Source of the DNA: Blastocatellia bacterium
Lineage (GTDB): Bacteria; Acidobacteriota; Blastocatellia; RBC074
Length of the DNA stretch: 64,000 nt
Direction: 5' to 3'
NCBI GenBank assembly: GCA_035331565.1
Contig: DAOLKO010000019.1
Span: 67,343-131,342, forward strand
Within the stretch, counting starts at the first letter, position 1, and each line of letters opens with the position of its first letter. Below are positions 19,418 to 29,984 of this stretch, one piece after another. A program made the position numbers and the translations under genes. A model generated the notes under the pieces. It was not told where the DNA came from, did no database searches, and was given only the letters and a program-made list of their open reading frames with translations.

Positions 19418-19540
19418 CCGCGCGCTTTCGCCCCAGTGCCTCTTTAATCGTGGATGTGACACCTCACTGAACGTCGCGTCTTCGCATTCGCTTCGACCCC
19501 ACAACCTACAATCGTCAATTTTATTTTTCACAAGAAAGAC

Positions 19541-21046
19541 GTGTCTCGTTCTATGCCAATCAGTCGCGATGAGCAGCGCCGCAGCGCCGCCTGGGACGTT
19601 CTTGCCGGGCCGCGCAATTACCTGACGCTGGTTTTCACGCAGTTCATCAGTTCGTTGTCGGCACTGGCGACGGTGTGGCTGCTGACGCGGTTGCTGGGCG
19701 CAAGCGGCTATGGACAGGTTGCCGCACTGATTGCGGCAGCCTTTCTGATCGGCACCGCTGCGTTGAATTGGAGCGCCATGTCGCTGGCCCGCATAGGCTG
19801 CGAAGAGTTCGTCGAAACCGGTCGCCTGACCAACACCTTTTGGACGCGGACCTATCTGCTGGCACTGAACTGGCTGCTCGTTCTGGCGACCGCGCCGTTT
19901 TGGCAGCCGTTGTTGGCCAACCGGCTACACCTGACGCGCGAGACGCAGTTTCTGCTTTTCGCTTATCTGGCGGCGCTTTCCTTGTTCGGCCACGTGCAAC
20001 ACGCGCTGATGGGCGCGAAGCTGCAATCGCTGTCGGGACGATTGCAGGCCGCCGAACGCTTGCTGATTCTGACCGGTGCGGCGCTGCTGTTTTGGAAAGG
20101 CGGATCGGTTGCCGGCGTCATTGCTGTTCAAGCGGTCGGTTCGCTTTGCGCATCGCTGGTCGGATTGTGGCGACTGCGCCGGTTGATTGGCCGTCCGGTA
20201 TTGCTGAAGGCCGTTTTGTTACGCCGTGTTTTGCTGTTTTCTCTGCCGCTCATTCCGCAATCTCTGATCGGTTATTTTTCCACGAATTATCTGGATGCCT
20301 GGTTCATTCAGCACTACCTTTCGGCGGCTGACCTGGGCGTTTATTCGATTGCTTATCAACTGGCGGGAACAGTCATGCAGTTGCCTGTGCTGGTCAGTTC
20401 ACTGTTGCTGCCGATGTTCACCACACTCGAAGTCCGGCAGGGAAATCGGCAGTTGGATCGTTACATGCGAGAACTGCTGCCGGTGTTGAGTTTGGGTTGG
20501 GCGTTGGCCGGGACACTGGTGACTGGATTGACAGTCTGGCTATTGCCGTTTGTCTTCGGCAAGCAGTTTGCGGCGGCAGCGCCTTTGATGTGGCCGCTGA
20601 TGGCGGCCAGTGTGATTATCGGCCCGATGTCTATGGGTTACGGCCCGTTGCTTAACGCCAAGTCCGCCACGATGGCCATCGCCGCCGGCGCGTTGGCCGG
20701 AGCCGCAACCAACGTCTTGCTCAATTTCTTGCTGATTCCGCGTTGCGGTTTGCTGGGTTGTGCCTGGGCGACGGCTTTTTCCTATCTGGTGAATTTGCTG
20801 GTCGGCGCGTTTCTGCTCTGGCGCTTGCACGGATTGCGCGGCGGCTGGGCGCTGGATGCCGTACTGCCGCTGATGGGCGGCGCGGCGTTGGCCGGAATTA
20901 CTGAACGACACGAACTTCCGCTGTTATTGACGTTGGTACTGATTGCGGTGCTGGCGATTTCACGGCGCGAGGATTTGTGGCGCGAAATCCAACGGCTGAG
21001 TCGCAGGTTTGCGAGTAAGCCTGTTGCGAAAGCGATGGTTGTTTGA
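19541..21046 (+). CDS. wzx: Wzx-type oligosaccharide flippase (MOP/MATE-like polysaccharide biosynthesis protein)
   Basis: About 14 predicted TM segments in the MOP flippase layout. An alternative ATG start at 19553 is possible. Confidence 0.8.
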   Translation: MSRSMPISRDEQRRSAAWDVLAGPRNYLTLVFTQFISSLSALATVWLLTRLLGASGYGQVAALIAAAFLIGTAALNWSAMSLARIGCEEFVETGRLTNTFWTRTYLLALNWLLVLATAPFWQPLLANRLHLTRETQFLLFAYLAALSLFGHVQHALMGAKLQSLSGRLQAAERLLILTGAALLFWKGGSVAGVIAVQAVGSLCASLVGLWRLRRLIGRPVLLKAVLLRRVLLFSLPLIPQSLIGYFSTNYLDAWFIQHYLSAADLGVYSIAYQLAGTVMQLPVLVSSLLLPMFTTLEVRQGNRQLDRYMRELLPVLSLGWALAGTLVTGLTVWLLPFVFGKQFAAAAPLMWPLMAASVIIGPMSMGYGPLLNAKSATMAIAAGALAGAATNVLLNFLLIPRCGLLGCAWATAFSYLVNLLVGAFLLWRLHGLRGGWALDAVLPLMGGAALAGITERHELPLLLTLVLIAVLAISRREDLWREIQRLSRRFASKPVAKAMVV

Positions 21047-21047
21047 A

Positions 21048-22190
21048 ATGAAAGTTTGTCAAATCAGCACTACAGGTTTTGAGGGACACTACTACGCCAG
21101 TCTGGCGCGTGGGTTGGCGGCGGCAGGCGCTGAGCAGTTGTTCGTTTCCTTGCGCGAAACACGGCCACCATCCTGGCTGCGAGAGCTTCCAACCGCCAAA
21201 TATCTTTCGTTGAATGCCGCCAATCGCTTGCAGTATCCGGCGGCGATGCTGCGGCTGGCCGCGCTGTTGCGACGCGAAGAGGTCGCTATTCTTCAAACGC
21301 ACTTGTTCGATGCGGGGGTTGTCGGATTGCTGGCCGCGCAATTGGCCGGCACTCCCAGACGGTTTGTCGCGCGTCATCATCTGGATGAAACCTGGTTGCT
21401 CGGCACGCGCTGGCACGTGGCATTGGATCGTTGGATGGCGCGCCGCGCCGATTGCGTGATGGTTCCTTCCGCTGCCGTGCGCCAACACATGATGGCGCAC
21501 GAAGCCTTGCCCGGCGATAACGTCGAAGTCATTCATTACGGGTTCAATTTCAATTCGATGACCGCCTCTGACGAAGATGCGTTGCGCGTGCGTCGTGAAT
21601 TCGGCTTGGAGGACAGTTTCGTGCTGGGCTGCGTCGGGCGCTTTTTCAAAAACAAAGGTCACGTTTATCTCTTTCAAGCGGCCAGGGAATTGAAGCGCGA
21701 GATTCCCAATCTGCGCATCCTGCTGCTTGGTGATGGCGACCGCACGATGATCGAGGCGATGGTGACTGAACTTGGTTTGCAGGAGCAGGTAGTTTTCGCA
21801 GGGTATCGCAAGGATGTCGCGGCCTGCATGAAGGCGATGGATATTTTGGTGCATCCGTCGTTGTCCGAATCCTTCGGGCAGGTGTTGGTCGAAGCCATGT
21901 GTGTGGCCACGCCGGTCATTGCCACGCCTGTGGGCGGCGTGCCGGAAATCATTCAGCATCAGGAAACAGGATTGCTCGTGCCGCCGAAAGATTCCGCCGG
22001 CTTAACTGTCGGCATCCGCGAACTCCATGCCGATCAGCGGCGACGCAAACAACTGGCCGTCGCCGGACAGCAAAGCGTGCTGGAAAAATTCGCCGTCGAA
22101 AAAATGGTTCAGCATTACGTCGAAGTCTATCAGCGCCACGAGCGCGTTTTGTCGGACAAGGGAAGGTCGTATGTCGCAACCCAGATTTGA
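21048..22190 (+). CDS. glycosyltransferase family 4 (GT-B, Glycos_transf_1)
   Basis: C-terminal GT4 motif SLSESFGQVLVEAMCVATPVIATPVGGVPEIIQHQETGLLVPP. The ATG lies 2 nt after the wzx stop, so the ORF-track N-extension was rejected. Confidence 0.85.
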   Translation: MKVCQISTTGFEGHYYASLARGLAAAGAEQLFVSLRETRPPSWLRELPTAKYLSLNAANRLQYPAAMLRLAALLRREEVAILQTHLFDAGVVGLLAAQLAGTPRRFVARHHLDETWLLGTRWHVALDRWMARRADCVMVPSAAVRQHMMAHEALPGDNVEVIHYGFNFNSMTASDEDALRVRREFGLEDSFVLGCVGRFFKNKGHVYLFQAARELKREIPNLRILLLGDGDRTMIEAMVTELGLQEQVVFAGYRKDVAACMKAMDILVHPSLSESFGQVLVEAMCVATPVIATPVGGVPEIIQHQETGLLVPPKDSAGLTVGIRELHADQRRRKQLAVAGQQSVLEKFAVEKMVQHYVEVYQRHERVLSDKGRSYVATQI

Positions 22191-22986
22191 AGCTTCACCC
22201 GCATCGGACAAGGCTCGCGCGCAATCGCCTTACTGGGGCGAACACGTCGCGCGTTACCGCTTTGCCGCGCCGCAATTGACCAAACGGAGCGTGTTGGACA
22301 TCGCCTGCGGAACAGGCTACGGCATGCCTGTGTTGCAGGCATCGGCGCGCAGCGTCGTCGGCGTGGACATTGATTGGGAAGCCGTGCGCAAGACGCAGGC
22401 GGAAATCGCCGCGCTGGGCAATGGCCGGACTTTGGTGATGTTGGCAGACGGCTGCCGATTGCCTTTCGCCGACGCGAGCTTCGATGCAGTGACTTCCTTC
22501 GAGACGCTGGAACATCTGGAAAACCGTCCGCAGTTTCTGGCGGAGTTGCGGCGCGTGTTGTCGCCGCAAGGCGTCTGTATTCTTTCGACTCCCAACGCGC
22601 ATTACACGCAGCCGATTAACGGTAAACCCCGCAATCCTTATCACGTTTACGAATACACGCCGACGGAATTGCGCGCCGAACTGGCGGCGCACTTCGAGGT
22701 GTCGGCGATGTTCGGGCAAATGCTTGATGCGCGTTTCACCATCCCGCCGTTTTGGGACGCGCAACAACGTTTGCCGCGCACGCCCGGCGTGCAGGCGCAA
22801 TTGCTGGCCTGGCGCGCGCTCAATAAGCTGCCGGTTTCGTTGCGCGAAGGAACCAGTCGGGCCGTCTGGGGGCGACCGTTTTATCCGGCGGACACGGATT
22901 ACCGTTTCGATGCAACTACTGTCGAAACCGCGCCCGTAGTGGTGGCGATTTGCCGCGCGCGAGAAAGAGCAGGAGAAAGCCGCTGA
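22171..22986 (+). CDS. class I SAM-dependent methyltransferase
   Basis: Motif I VLDIACGTGYG and post-I VGVDID. GGAAGG RBS; the start overlaps the GT4 end by 20 nt. The ORF-track N-extension was rejected. Confidence 0.8.
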   Translation: MSQPRFEASPASDKARAQSPYWGEHVARYRFAAPQLTKRSVLDIACGTGYGMPVLQASARSVVGVDIDWEAVRKTQAEIAALGNGRTLVMLADGCRLPFADASFDAVTSFETLEHLENRPQFLAELRRVLSPQGVCILSTPNAHYTQPINGKPRNPYHVYEYTPTELRAELAAHFEVSAMFGQMLDARFTIPPFWDAQQRLPRTPGVQAQLLAWRALNKLPVSLREGTSRAVWGRPFYPADTDYRFDATTVETAPVVVAICRARERAGESR

Positions 22987-23912
22987 TGTCGCAACCGTTG
23001 GTTTCCGTCATCATTCCCAATTACAACTACGCGCGTTTTCTGCCGCAGGCGTTGGACAGCGTGCTTGGGCAAACCTATCCGCGCGTGGAAGTGATCGTCG
23101 TGGATGACGGTTCGCGCGACGATTCCGCAACGGTGCTGGCCGCTTACGGCGACCGCATAAGTTTCTTTCGACAGGAAAACAGCGGAGTGACGGCGGCGCG
23201 CAATCGCGGAGCATTTGCCGCCGCCGGCGAATACCTGGCGTTTTTGGATGCTGATGATTATTGGCTGCCGACGAAGTTGGAGCGGCAGATGGAACTTTAC
23301 AACCGCGACCCGGAGTTGGGCTTGACGCATTGCGGCGTGGAGGAGTTCGACAACGAAGGCCGCCAAGGCTGCTTGCCGGTGCGGCGTTTGGACGGAATGG
23401 ATGGCTGGGTGGCGCGCGAACTGTTGCTGTTTGAACGCGCTGTGATTTTGGGCGGCGGCAGCGGCTTGATGATGCCGCGCGCGCTGTTTGAAGAAGTCGG
23501 CGGATTCGACGAACGGCTTTCGACTTCCGCCGATTGGGAATTGTTTTATCGGCTGGCCTTGCGGCGGCGCGTGGGCTTTGTGGCTGAGCCGCTGGTTCGT
23601 TACCGGATTCACGGCGCGAACATGCACGGCAATCTGGCGGCGATGGAACGCGATATGTTGCTCGGTTACGGCAAAGCTTTTGACGATCCGACGGCGAAAT
23701 TCGCGCCGTTGCGCCGCCGCTGTTACGGCAATTTGTATATGACGCTGGCCGGTTCCAGCTTTCGCGCCGGGCAGTATAAGAAAGCCGTCGCGCAGGCTTG
23801 TCGGAGTTTCTGGTTTGCTCCGATGCGGGCGACGCATTTGTTGGGAATGCCTGCGCGTTGGTGGCGGCGGATGATGGACGGGCAACGGTTAAGGAGCGAG
23901 CACGGACAATGA
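22986..23912 (+). CDS. glycosyltransferase family 2 (GT-A)
   Basis: VSVIIPNYNYARFL...VEVIVVDDGSRDDS...FLDADD, the DxD-containing GT2 signature. Its start overlaps the methyltransferase stop (TGATG). Confidence 0.85.
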   Translation: MSQPLVSVIIPNYNYARFLPQALDSVLGQTYPRVEVIVVDDGSRDDSATVLAAYGDRISFFRQENSGVTAARNRGAFAAAGEYLAFLDADDYWLPTKLERQMELYNRDPELGLTHCGVEEFDNEGRQGCLPVRRLDGMDGWVARELLLFERAVILGGGSGLMMPRALFEEVGGFDERLSTSADWELFYRLALRRRVGFVAEPLVRYRIHGANMHGNLAAMERDMLLGYGKAFDDPTAKFAPLRRRCYGNLYMTLAGSSFRAGQYKKAVAQACRSFWFAPMRATHLLGMPARWWRRMMDGQRLRSEHGQ

Positions 23913-25171
23913 CGCACACACTTTATCTTTGTTATTTCGGCGTGCGCGAACCGCTGGTGCAAACGCAGGTGCTGCCTTACCTGCGCGAACTGGCGGCGGG
24001 CGGGTTGCGCGTCAGCCTGCTCACCTTTGAAGCGCAAATGAACGACCGTTGGAACGCCGAAACCATCGCCGCCACGCGAGCGCAGTTGCAGCAACAAGGA
24101 ATTAGTTGGCATTTGTTGCCGTATCACAAACGGCCTTCGCTGCCGGCCACACTCTATGACATCTGGTGCGGCGCGAAATTCGCGCACGCGCTGGCACAGC
24201 GCGAGAACGTGGAAGTGCTGCACGCCCGCGCGCACATCGCCGCCGCCATGGGGGCGCTGGCCAAATGGGCGATGGATAAAAAACGGCTGAAACTGGTGTT
24301 CGACATTCGCGGCTTTCTTCCTGAAGAGTACACCGATGCCGGAATCTGGCCGAAAAACGGCTGGCTTTATCGCGGCGTGAAGCGCGTTGAAAGTCGGTTG
24401 CTGGCGGCGGCGGACGCTTTTGTGGTGCTGACGAACAAGGCGCACGAGATTTTATTTGCCGGCGGTAAAGACACGCGGCCCGTTGAAGTCATTCCTTGCT
24501 GCGTGGACTGGCAACGTTTTCATCATCCGCAAAGCGGCGGAAGGGAAGCGCGACGCCGTGCGCTGGGTTTCGAGGGACGCCGCGTGCTGGTTTACGTAGG
24601 CTCTTTCGACGGTTGGTATCTGAGCGAAGAAATGCTGGATTTCTATGCCGAAGCTCACCGCCGCAACCCGCGCAGCTTCACGCTGATTCTGACGCAGCGC
24701 GGTGCAGAGCAAGTGCGCAGCCGATTGTCCGCCAAAGGCATAACGGCGGCGGACTGTCTGGTCACTTCCGTCGCACCTGCCGAAGTCGCCGAATACCTTT
24801 ATGCCGCCGATGTCGCGCTGTCGTTCATCAAACCTTGTTATTCCAAACAATCTTCTTCGCCGACGAAAATCGCCGAATATCTGGCCGCTGGACTGCCCGT
24901 CATCAGCAACGCAGGCATAGGCGATTTGGATGAGTTGATTCGCGGTGAGCGCGTCGGCGCGATTCTGCAAGACTTCACGCCGGAAGCTTACGCCCGCGCG
25001 CTGTCGGAGATCGAAGCTTTGGGCGAGCCGGAAGTCGTCCGCGTACATTGCCAAACCGTCGCGCGTGAATGCTTCGATTTGCAGAATGTCGGCGGGCCAC
25101 GTTACCGGCGGCTTTACGAACGATTGCTGAACGGAGAAGGTCATTCAGAGTTCACGCTTCAGCGTGTCTGA
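23909..25171 (+). CDS. glycosyltransferase family 4
   Basis: AAGGAG RBS with the ATG overlapping the GT2 stop (ATGA). It has a GT-B fold with the E-x7-E-like C-terminal motif (SSSPTKIAEYLAAGLPVISN). Confidence 0.8.
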   Translation: MTHTLYLCYFGVREPLVQTQVLPYLRELAAGGLRVSLLTFEAQMNDRWNAETIAATRAQLQQQGISWHLLPYHKRPSLPATLYDIWCGAKFAHALAQRENVEVLHARAHIAAAMGALAKWAMDKKRLKLVFDIRGFLPEEYTDAGIWPKNGWLYRGVKRVESRLLAAADAFVVLTNKAHEILFAGGKDTRPVEVIPCCVDWQRFHHPQSGGREARRRALGFEGRRVLVYVGSFDGWYLSEEMLDFYAEAHRRNPRSFTLILTQRGAEQVRSRLSAKGITAADCLVTSVAPAEVAEYLYAADVALSFIKPCYSKQSSSPTKIAEYLAAGLPVISNAGIGDLDELIRGERVGAILQDFTPEAYARALSEIEALGEPEVVRVHCQTVARECFDLQNVGGPRYRRLYERLLNGEGHSEFTLQRV

Positions 25172-25182
25172 ACGAAAACACG

Positions 25183-26517
25183 ATGCCGAGAGATACCGAT
25201 CTGCCATTTGCGTTGGTGTTGTTGGTTTGCCTGGCGGGGCTGGGATGGCTGTTACTGTCTTTCACCCGGCAGCACCGCGAAACCTTGCGCACGCAGGCTT
25301 ACATTTTCCTGGCGGCCTTTGTCGCGCGCTTTGTGTTGTCGGTGGTGATTTACGAATTCGATCTGGTGCGCGTGCTGGGCGATGAAGACGGCAGCGGTTG
25401 GTACAGCGGCGTGGTGCTGTTGGATTTCTGGAAGCAGCGGCATTTGGATTTGTTCGATTTGCCGGTGGCGTTGGCGCAGGCGTTTCAGGAGCAAAACCGC
25501 GGGTACGCTTATTTGCTCGGCGGAATGTTTTATTTGACGGACGCGCCCGCGCGATTGCCCGCCGCCACGCTCAATTGTTTTTTCGGCGCGTTGACCTGCG
25601 TGTTCGCTTATCGAATTGCGCTGAGTTTGTTTTCGCCCTGGGTGGCTGTGCGCGTGGGTTGGGCGGCGTGCTTCTTTCCGTCTTTGCTGGTTTGGTCGGC
25701 GCAAACGGTCAAAGAGCCTGTCGTGATTTTGCTGGAAACCGTAGCGCTTTATGCCTGCGTGCATTTGAAACTGTCCGGCTTCACAGTGCGCTACATTTTG
25801 CTGTGCGGGCTGGCGATCATCTTGTTGTTGCCGTTTCGATTTTACGCGGCGTATCTGGCCGCCGCCGCCGCGATGCTGGCGCTGGCGATGCCTGCGCTGA
25901 GCAAGCAAAAGTCTTCGGTTATCGCCGGATTGGCGATTGCCGGATTGTTGATTCCGCTGGCGATTTCTTCCGGCGTGTTGGCGCGGAACGAAGCGCAGTT
26001 CGAGCGGTTCGATGTCAATTACATTCGTACTTTCAGACGAGACATTGCTTACAAACAAGGCTCCGGTGTGACCGGTAACTACGATTTGCAATCGCCGACG
26101 GGCTTTTTGCTGGGCGTGGCGGTGGGCGGCGCGCATTTGTTGCTTGCGCCGTTTCCGTGGCAGTTGGGCGGAGCGAGTTTGCGAATGTTGCTGACGCTGC
26201 CGGAAATGCTGGTTTGGTGGTGGTTGTTTTTCTGGGGCATCGTGCCGGGCTTCTGGCTGGCTGTGCGCCGTCGCTTCGGAGAGATTCAGCCCTTGCTGAT
26301 TTTCATTTTTGGATTAGGGCTGCTCTACAGTTTGTTGTTCGGAAACGTGGGATTGATCGTTCGTCAGCGCGGGCAGTTGCTGCCCTGGCTGTTGATCTTT
26401 GCGATGGTCGGATTGGAACAGGCGATGTTGCGCCGCCGGCAAAAACAGCTCGGACGGACAGGCCGACCGCTTACGGGACTCGACGGCGAAATTCAGGCGA
26501 TGGGAAGCAGGGGATAA
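25183..26517 (+). CDS. polytopic membrane protein (~12 TM), candidate second polymerase or membrane modification enzyme
   Basis: ATG 11 nt after the GT4 stop; hydrophobic throughout, with a large loop (QFERFDVNYIRTFRRDIAYKQGSGVTGNYDLQSP). I recognise no catalytic motif. Confidence 0.6.
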   Translation: MPRDTDLPFALVLLVCLAGLGWLLLSFTRQHRETLRTQAYIFLAAFVARFVLSVVIYEFDLVRVLGDEDGSGWYSGVVLLDFWKQRHLDLFDLPVALAQAFQEQNRGYAYLLGGMFYLTDAPARLPAATLNCFFGALTCVFAYRIALSLFSPWVAVRVGWAACFFPSLLVWSAQTVKEPVVILLETVALYACVHLKLSGFTVRYILLCGLAIILLLPFRFYAAYLAAAAAMLALAMPALSKQKSSVIAGLAIAGLLIPLAISSGVLARNEAQFERFDVNYIRTFRRDIAYKQGSGVTGNYDLQSPTGFLLGVAVGGAHLLLAPFPWQLGGASLRMLLTLPEMLVWWWLFFWGIVPGFWLAVRRRFGEIQPLLIFIFGLGLLYSLLFGNVGLIVRQRGQLLPWLLIFAMVGLEQAMLRRRQKQLGRTGRPLTGLDGEIQAMGSRG

Positions 26518-26553
26518 ACAAGGAATCAGGTATTGCAAGGAATCAGGTACTGA

Positions 26554-27642
26554 ATGATGCGAGTTTTGTTTTTGACGCCCAATCCGGCAGAGGCTGCCAA
26601 CACGCGCTACCGCGTGCTGCAATTTCTGCCGTATTTGCAGGCGCAAGGATTCACCTGCGAAGTCGCGCCGTTTCTGTCGCGCGAACTATTCCAGATGCTG
26701 TATCAGCCGGGTCGTCAGGCGCGCAAAGTGTTCGGCCTGGCGCAGGCGGTGCTGGGACGTTTGCGCGATGTGGTCAGAGCCGGTCGTTACGACGTGGTTC
26801 ACATTTCGCGCGAAGCGATGTTGTTCGGCCCGCCCGTCATCGAATGGCTGATCGAGCGCGTGCTGCGGCGGCCTATCGTTTTCGATTTCGACGACGCGGT
26901 GCATCTTTCTTACGTCAGCCCGACTTACGGCTCGCTGGCCGGTTGGGTGAAGTATCCGCAGAAAACCGCAGGCATTTTGGAAATGAGCGCGCAGGTCGTG
27001 GCGGGCAACAGCTACCTGGCCGATTACGCGCGGCAGCACAATCCGCGTGTGACGATCCTGCCGACCGTCGTCAACCTGGAAAAGTTCATCGCCGAACCGG
27101 CTGCCAAAACGGCTGTCAATCCTGTTCCGGTGATTGGCTGGATCGGCACGCATTCCACCGCGCAGTACCTGGAAATCGTCGCGCCTGTGTTGCAAACGCT
27201 TGCTGCTCGGCATCGTTTCGTCTTTCGCGTCATCGGCGCGGGGGGCGAATTCAGCCTGCCTGGCGTGGAGGTTGAAAACCGTCCGTGGCGGTTGGAATCC
27301 GAAGTGCGAGATTTTCGCAGCCTGGACATAGGCGTTTATCCGATCCGAGACGATGAATGGGCGCGCGGCAAATGCGCGTTCAAAGCGATTCAATACATGG
27401 CCGCCAGCGTGCCTTGCGTGGCCTCGCCGGTGGGAATGACGGAAGAAGTCATTCGCCACGGCGACAACGGCCTGCTGGCCGCGACCGCCGACGACTGGAC
27501 GGACGCGCTGGAATTGCTGCTGGCAAACGCCGAGCAGCGCCAACGACTGGCCGAAGCCGGTCGAAAAACGATTGCGCAAAAATATTCGTTGCAGCTTCAC
27601 GCCCCAATGCTGGAACAGGTGTTACGCGCCGCCGCCGCGTGA
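26554..27642 (+). CDS. glycosyltransferase family 4
   Basis: GT-B fold with C-terminal [33 protein letters not shown]. Confidence 0.8.
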   Translation: MMRVLFLTPNPAEAANTRYRVLQFLPYLQAQGFTCEVAPFLSRELFQMLYQPGRQARKVFGLAQAVLGRLRDVVRAGRYDVVHISREAMLFGPPVIEWLIERVLRRPIVFDFDDAVHLSYVSPTYGSLAGWVKYPQKTAGILEMSAQVVAGNSYLADYARQHNPRVTILPTVVNLEKFIAEPAAKTAVNPVPVIGWIGTHSTAQYLEIVAPVLQTLAARHRFVFRVIGAGGEFSLPGVEVENRPWRLESEVRDFRSLDIGVYPIRDDEWARGKCAFKAIQYMAASVPCVASPVGMTEEVIRHGDNGLLAATADDWTDALELLLANAEQRQRLAEAGRKTIAQKYSLQLHAPMLEQVLRAAAA

Positions 27643-27686
27643 GTTGTCCTGGCGGCAATTACCGATAAAAGAGGTTCATTTCACCG

Positions 27687-29399
27687 ATGTACATTTTAGG
27701 ACTGACTACTTTGGGGGATTCCGCTGCCACGCTTATTCGCGACGGCGAGATTGTGGCGGCGGCGGAAGAAGAACGCTTTTCCCGCACCAAGCATCACAGC
27801 GGTTTTCCGTATCGCGCCGTGCAGTTCTGCCTGGATCAAGCGGGCATCACGATGGCGGATGTCGAACACGTTTCGCTGTATTGGCAGCCGTGGATTTTGC
27901 GCCACAAGGCGATGCAGGCGCTCAAGGCGTTGGCCATCTCGAAAGACATGTTTCGCGCTCGCGCCAGTCGCGGCGTAACGCAGGTCAGCGAAAGTTACCT
28001 GGGCATGTTCAAACTGCCGCAACGCATCCGCGAACATTTCGGGCCGAGCAATTTTCGCTTCCGCTATTTGGAACATCACCTCTGCCACGCGGCCAGCGCC
28101 TTTCTGGTTTCGCCGTTCGAGTCGGCGGCGATTTTGACGCTGGACGGCACGGGCGAAGAAACCACCACCATGTTCACGCACGGGAAGGGAACGCAGGTGC
28201 GCCCGATTAAACGCATCAAGCTGCCGCATTCGCTGGGACAGTTTTATTCCGCCGTCACGAACTATCTGGGCTTCGATATGTTCGGCGGCGACGAATGGAA
28301 AGTGATGGGTTTGGCGGCTTACGGCGAGCCTGAGTTTTACGATTTCTTTTCCAGGCGCGTGCTGACGGCCAACGGCAATCACGATTTCCATTTGAACATC
28401 CGCGTACTCGATCACCATCTGGCCAAGTGGTATCAGTTCAGCGATGAAATCCTCTCTTCACTAGGTCCCGCGCGCAAACCCGACGAACCGATCAACCAGC
28501 GTCACCAAAACGTCGCCGCCAGCGCTCAGCGCGTGGTTGAAGAAACAGTGCTGTACATGCTCGAAGGTCTGCACAAACAAACTGGCGAAGAAAACCTCTG
28601 TCTGGCGGGCGGCGTGGCGTTCAATTCGGTGATGAACGGACGCATCATCAACGAATCGCCGTTCAAACGAGTCTTCATTCAACCGGCGGCGGGTGATGCG
28701 GGCTGTTCGTTGGGCGCTGCTTTCCTGACCTGGCACGGCGCATTGAAACAGCCGCGCAAATTTGAAATGCAACACGCTTATTGGGGGCCGGGGTTCACCA
28801 ACGAAGAATGCTGCGCGGCTTTGAACGAAGCCGGTTTGAAATACGAAACCTTGCCGGACGAGCAATTGTTCCCGCGTGTGGCGCAGTTGCTCGCCGATGG
28901 CGCGATCATCGGCTGGTTTCAAGGCCGCATGGAATTCGGCCCGCGCGCTTTGGGCAACCGCAGCTTCATCGCCGACCCGCGCCGCGCAGACATGCGCGAA
29001 CTGCTCAACCACAAAGTCAAACTGCGCGAATGGTTCCGCCCGCTCGCGCCGTCCATGCTCGAAGAAGCCACTGAAACGATTTTCGGCAAGGCGTATCACG
29101 ATCCGTTTATGGTGACGGTTTTCAGTGTGGCCGAAGGTCAACGCGCGCGCATTCCGGCGGTGGTTCACATTGACCACACCGCGCGCCCGCAAACCGTCAG
29201 CCGGAAAACCAATCCCCGCTACTGGCAACTGATAAAAGAGTTCGAGCGGCTGACGGGCGTGCCCGTGCTGCTCAACACTTCGTTCAACATTCAGGAACCG
29301 ATTGTCTGCCGCCCTGCGGACGCCATCAAAACTTTTCAAAACGCGAGCTTCGATGCGCTGGTGTTGGAAAACCAACTGGTGCTGCGTCCGCAAGCCTGA
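27687..29399 (+). CDS. carbamoyltransferase, NodU/CmcH family
   Basis: N-terminal MYILGL...HDSAAT-like ASKH-fold start (MYILGLTTLGDSAATLIRDGEIVAAAEEERFSRTKHHSGFP) and a C-terminal YrdC-like carbamoyl-adenylate domain. The whole-protein pattern matches O-carbamoyltransferases. Confidence 0.85.
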   Translation: MYILGLTTLGDSAATLIRDGEIVAAAEEERFSRTKHHSGFPYRAVQFCLDQAGITMADVEHVSLYWQPWILRHKAMQALKALAISKDMFRARASRGVTQVSESYLGMFKLPQRIREHFGPSNFRFRYLEHHLCHAASAFLVSPFESAAILTLDGTGEETTTMFTHGKGTQVRPIKRIKLPHSLGQFYSAVTNYLGFDMFGGDEWKVMGLAAYGEPEFYDFFSRRVLTANGNHDFHLNIRVLDHHLAKWYQFSDEILSSLGPARKPDEPINQRHQNVAASAQRVVEETVLYMLEGLHKQTGEENLCLAGGVAFNSVMNGRIINESPFKRVFIQPAAGDAGCSLGAAFLTWHGALKQPRKFEMQHAYWGPGFTNEECCAALNEAGLKYETLPDEQLFPRVAQLLADGAIIGWFQGRMEFGPRALGNRSFIADPRRADMRELLNHKVKLREWFRPLAPSMLEEATETIFGKAYHDPFMVTVFSVAEGQRARIPAVVHIDHTARPQTVSRKTNPRYWQLIKEFERLTGVPVLLNTSFNIQEPIVCRPADAIKTFQNASFDALVLENQLVLRPQA

Positions 29400-29408
29400 C
29401 AGGCAAAG

Positions 29409-29984
29409 ATGATTGAAATTGACGGGCCATACGCGATGCTCCGACTAAATGAAGTGGAGCGGCGAGGAGTGAGTAGCGGCGATCTATTGTTGCCGCTGGC
29501 GCTGGCTTATTGCTGCTCGTCTTTTTTACGAGTGCGTTTTCCGTTTCCGGTCGGCGCGTTACGGCGAGTGGAACGCACTTTTGATCGAGTGCTGGTTGGG
29601 TTGCCGGTAAGAAGTAAAGGCATCGGCTACGAAATGGAATGCACTTCCGATGAACGCTTAAAGATGTTGGCGCAAGCGGAGTTGATCTTGACGACTGATG
29701 AATTGCCGCAGCCGTTCCATCGCCGCCCGCACCTGTTGATTCGTGGCGATGAAATCGAACGGCGATTTACGGAGCGATTGCCGCAGGTAAATTGGCCTGG
29801 GGTAATTGTTCAGGCGAAGGCGCTGGCCGGCGCGGCGCAAGTCGGCGTGCGAAAAAGCGAGTACGAACGTGAAAGGAATTGGAAAATCAGGCATGACCTC
29901 GCAGAAACAAACAAACGGCAATTGGCTCGCTTCGTTGTGCGCGGCGTTGCGTTGCCCGAAGTGCCGGGGAACCTTGCGCGTTGA
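29409..29984 (+). CDS. hypothetical protein (possibly a short real gene filling a 490-bp gap)
   Basis: Protein-like composition (not the Arg/Ala-rich junk typical of wrong frames), but the RBS is weak and the 3' end overlaps the next gene by 90 nt, so the true end and its reality are uncertain. Confidence 0.3.
   Translation: MIEIDGPYAMLRLNEVERRGVSSGDLLLPLALAYCCSSFLRVRFPFPVGALRRVERTFDRVLVGLPVRSKGIGYEMECTSDERLKMLAQAELILTTDELPQPFHRRPHLLIRGDEIERRFTERLPQVNWPGVIVQAKALAGAAQVGVRKSEYERERNWKIRHDLAETNKRQLARFVVRGVALPEVPGNLAR

Noticed and set aside
20898-21959. 353-aa minus-strand ORF
   Set aside because: It is antisense to the wzx end and the GT4 gene. It has no domain signature and overlaps genes with clear motifs on the plus strand.
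22899-23919. Two long minus-strand ORFs (328 aa and 302 aa)
   Set aside because: They are antisense to the GT2 gene (plus strand, DxD motifs); the translations are Arg/Pro/Ala-rich junk.
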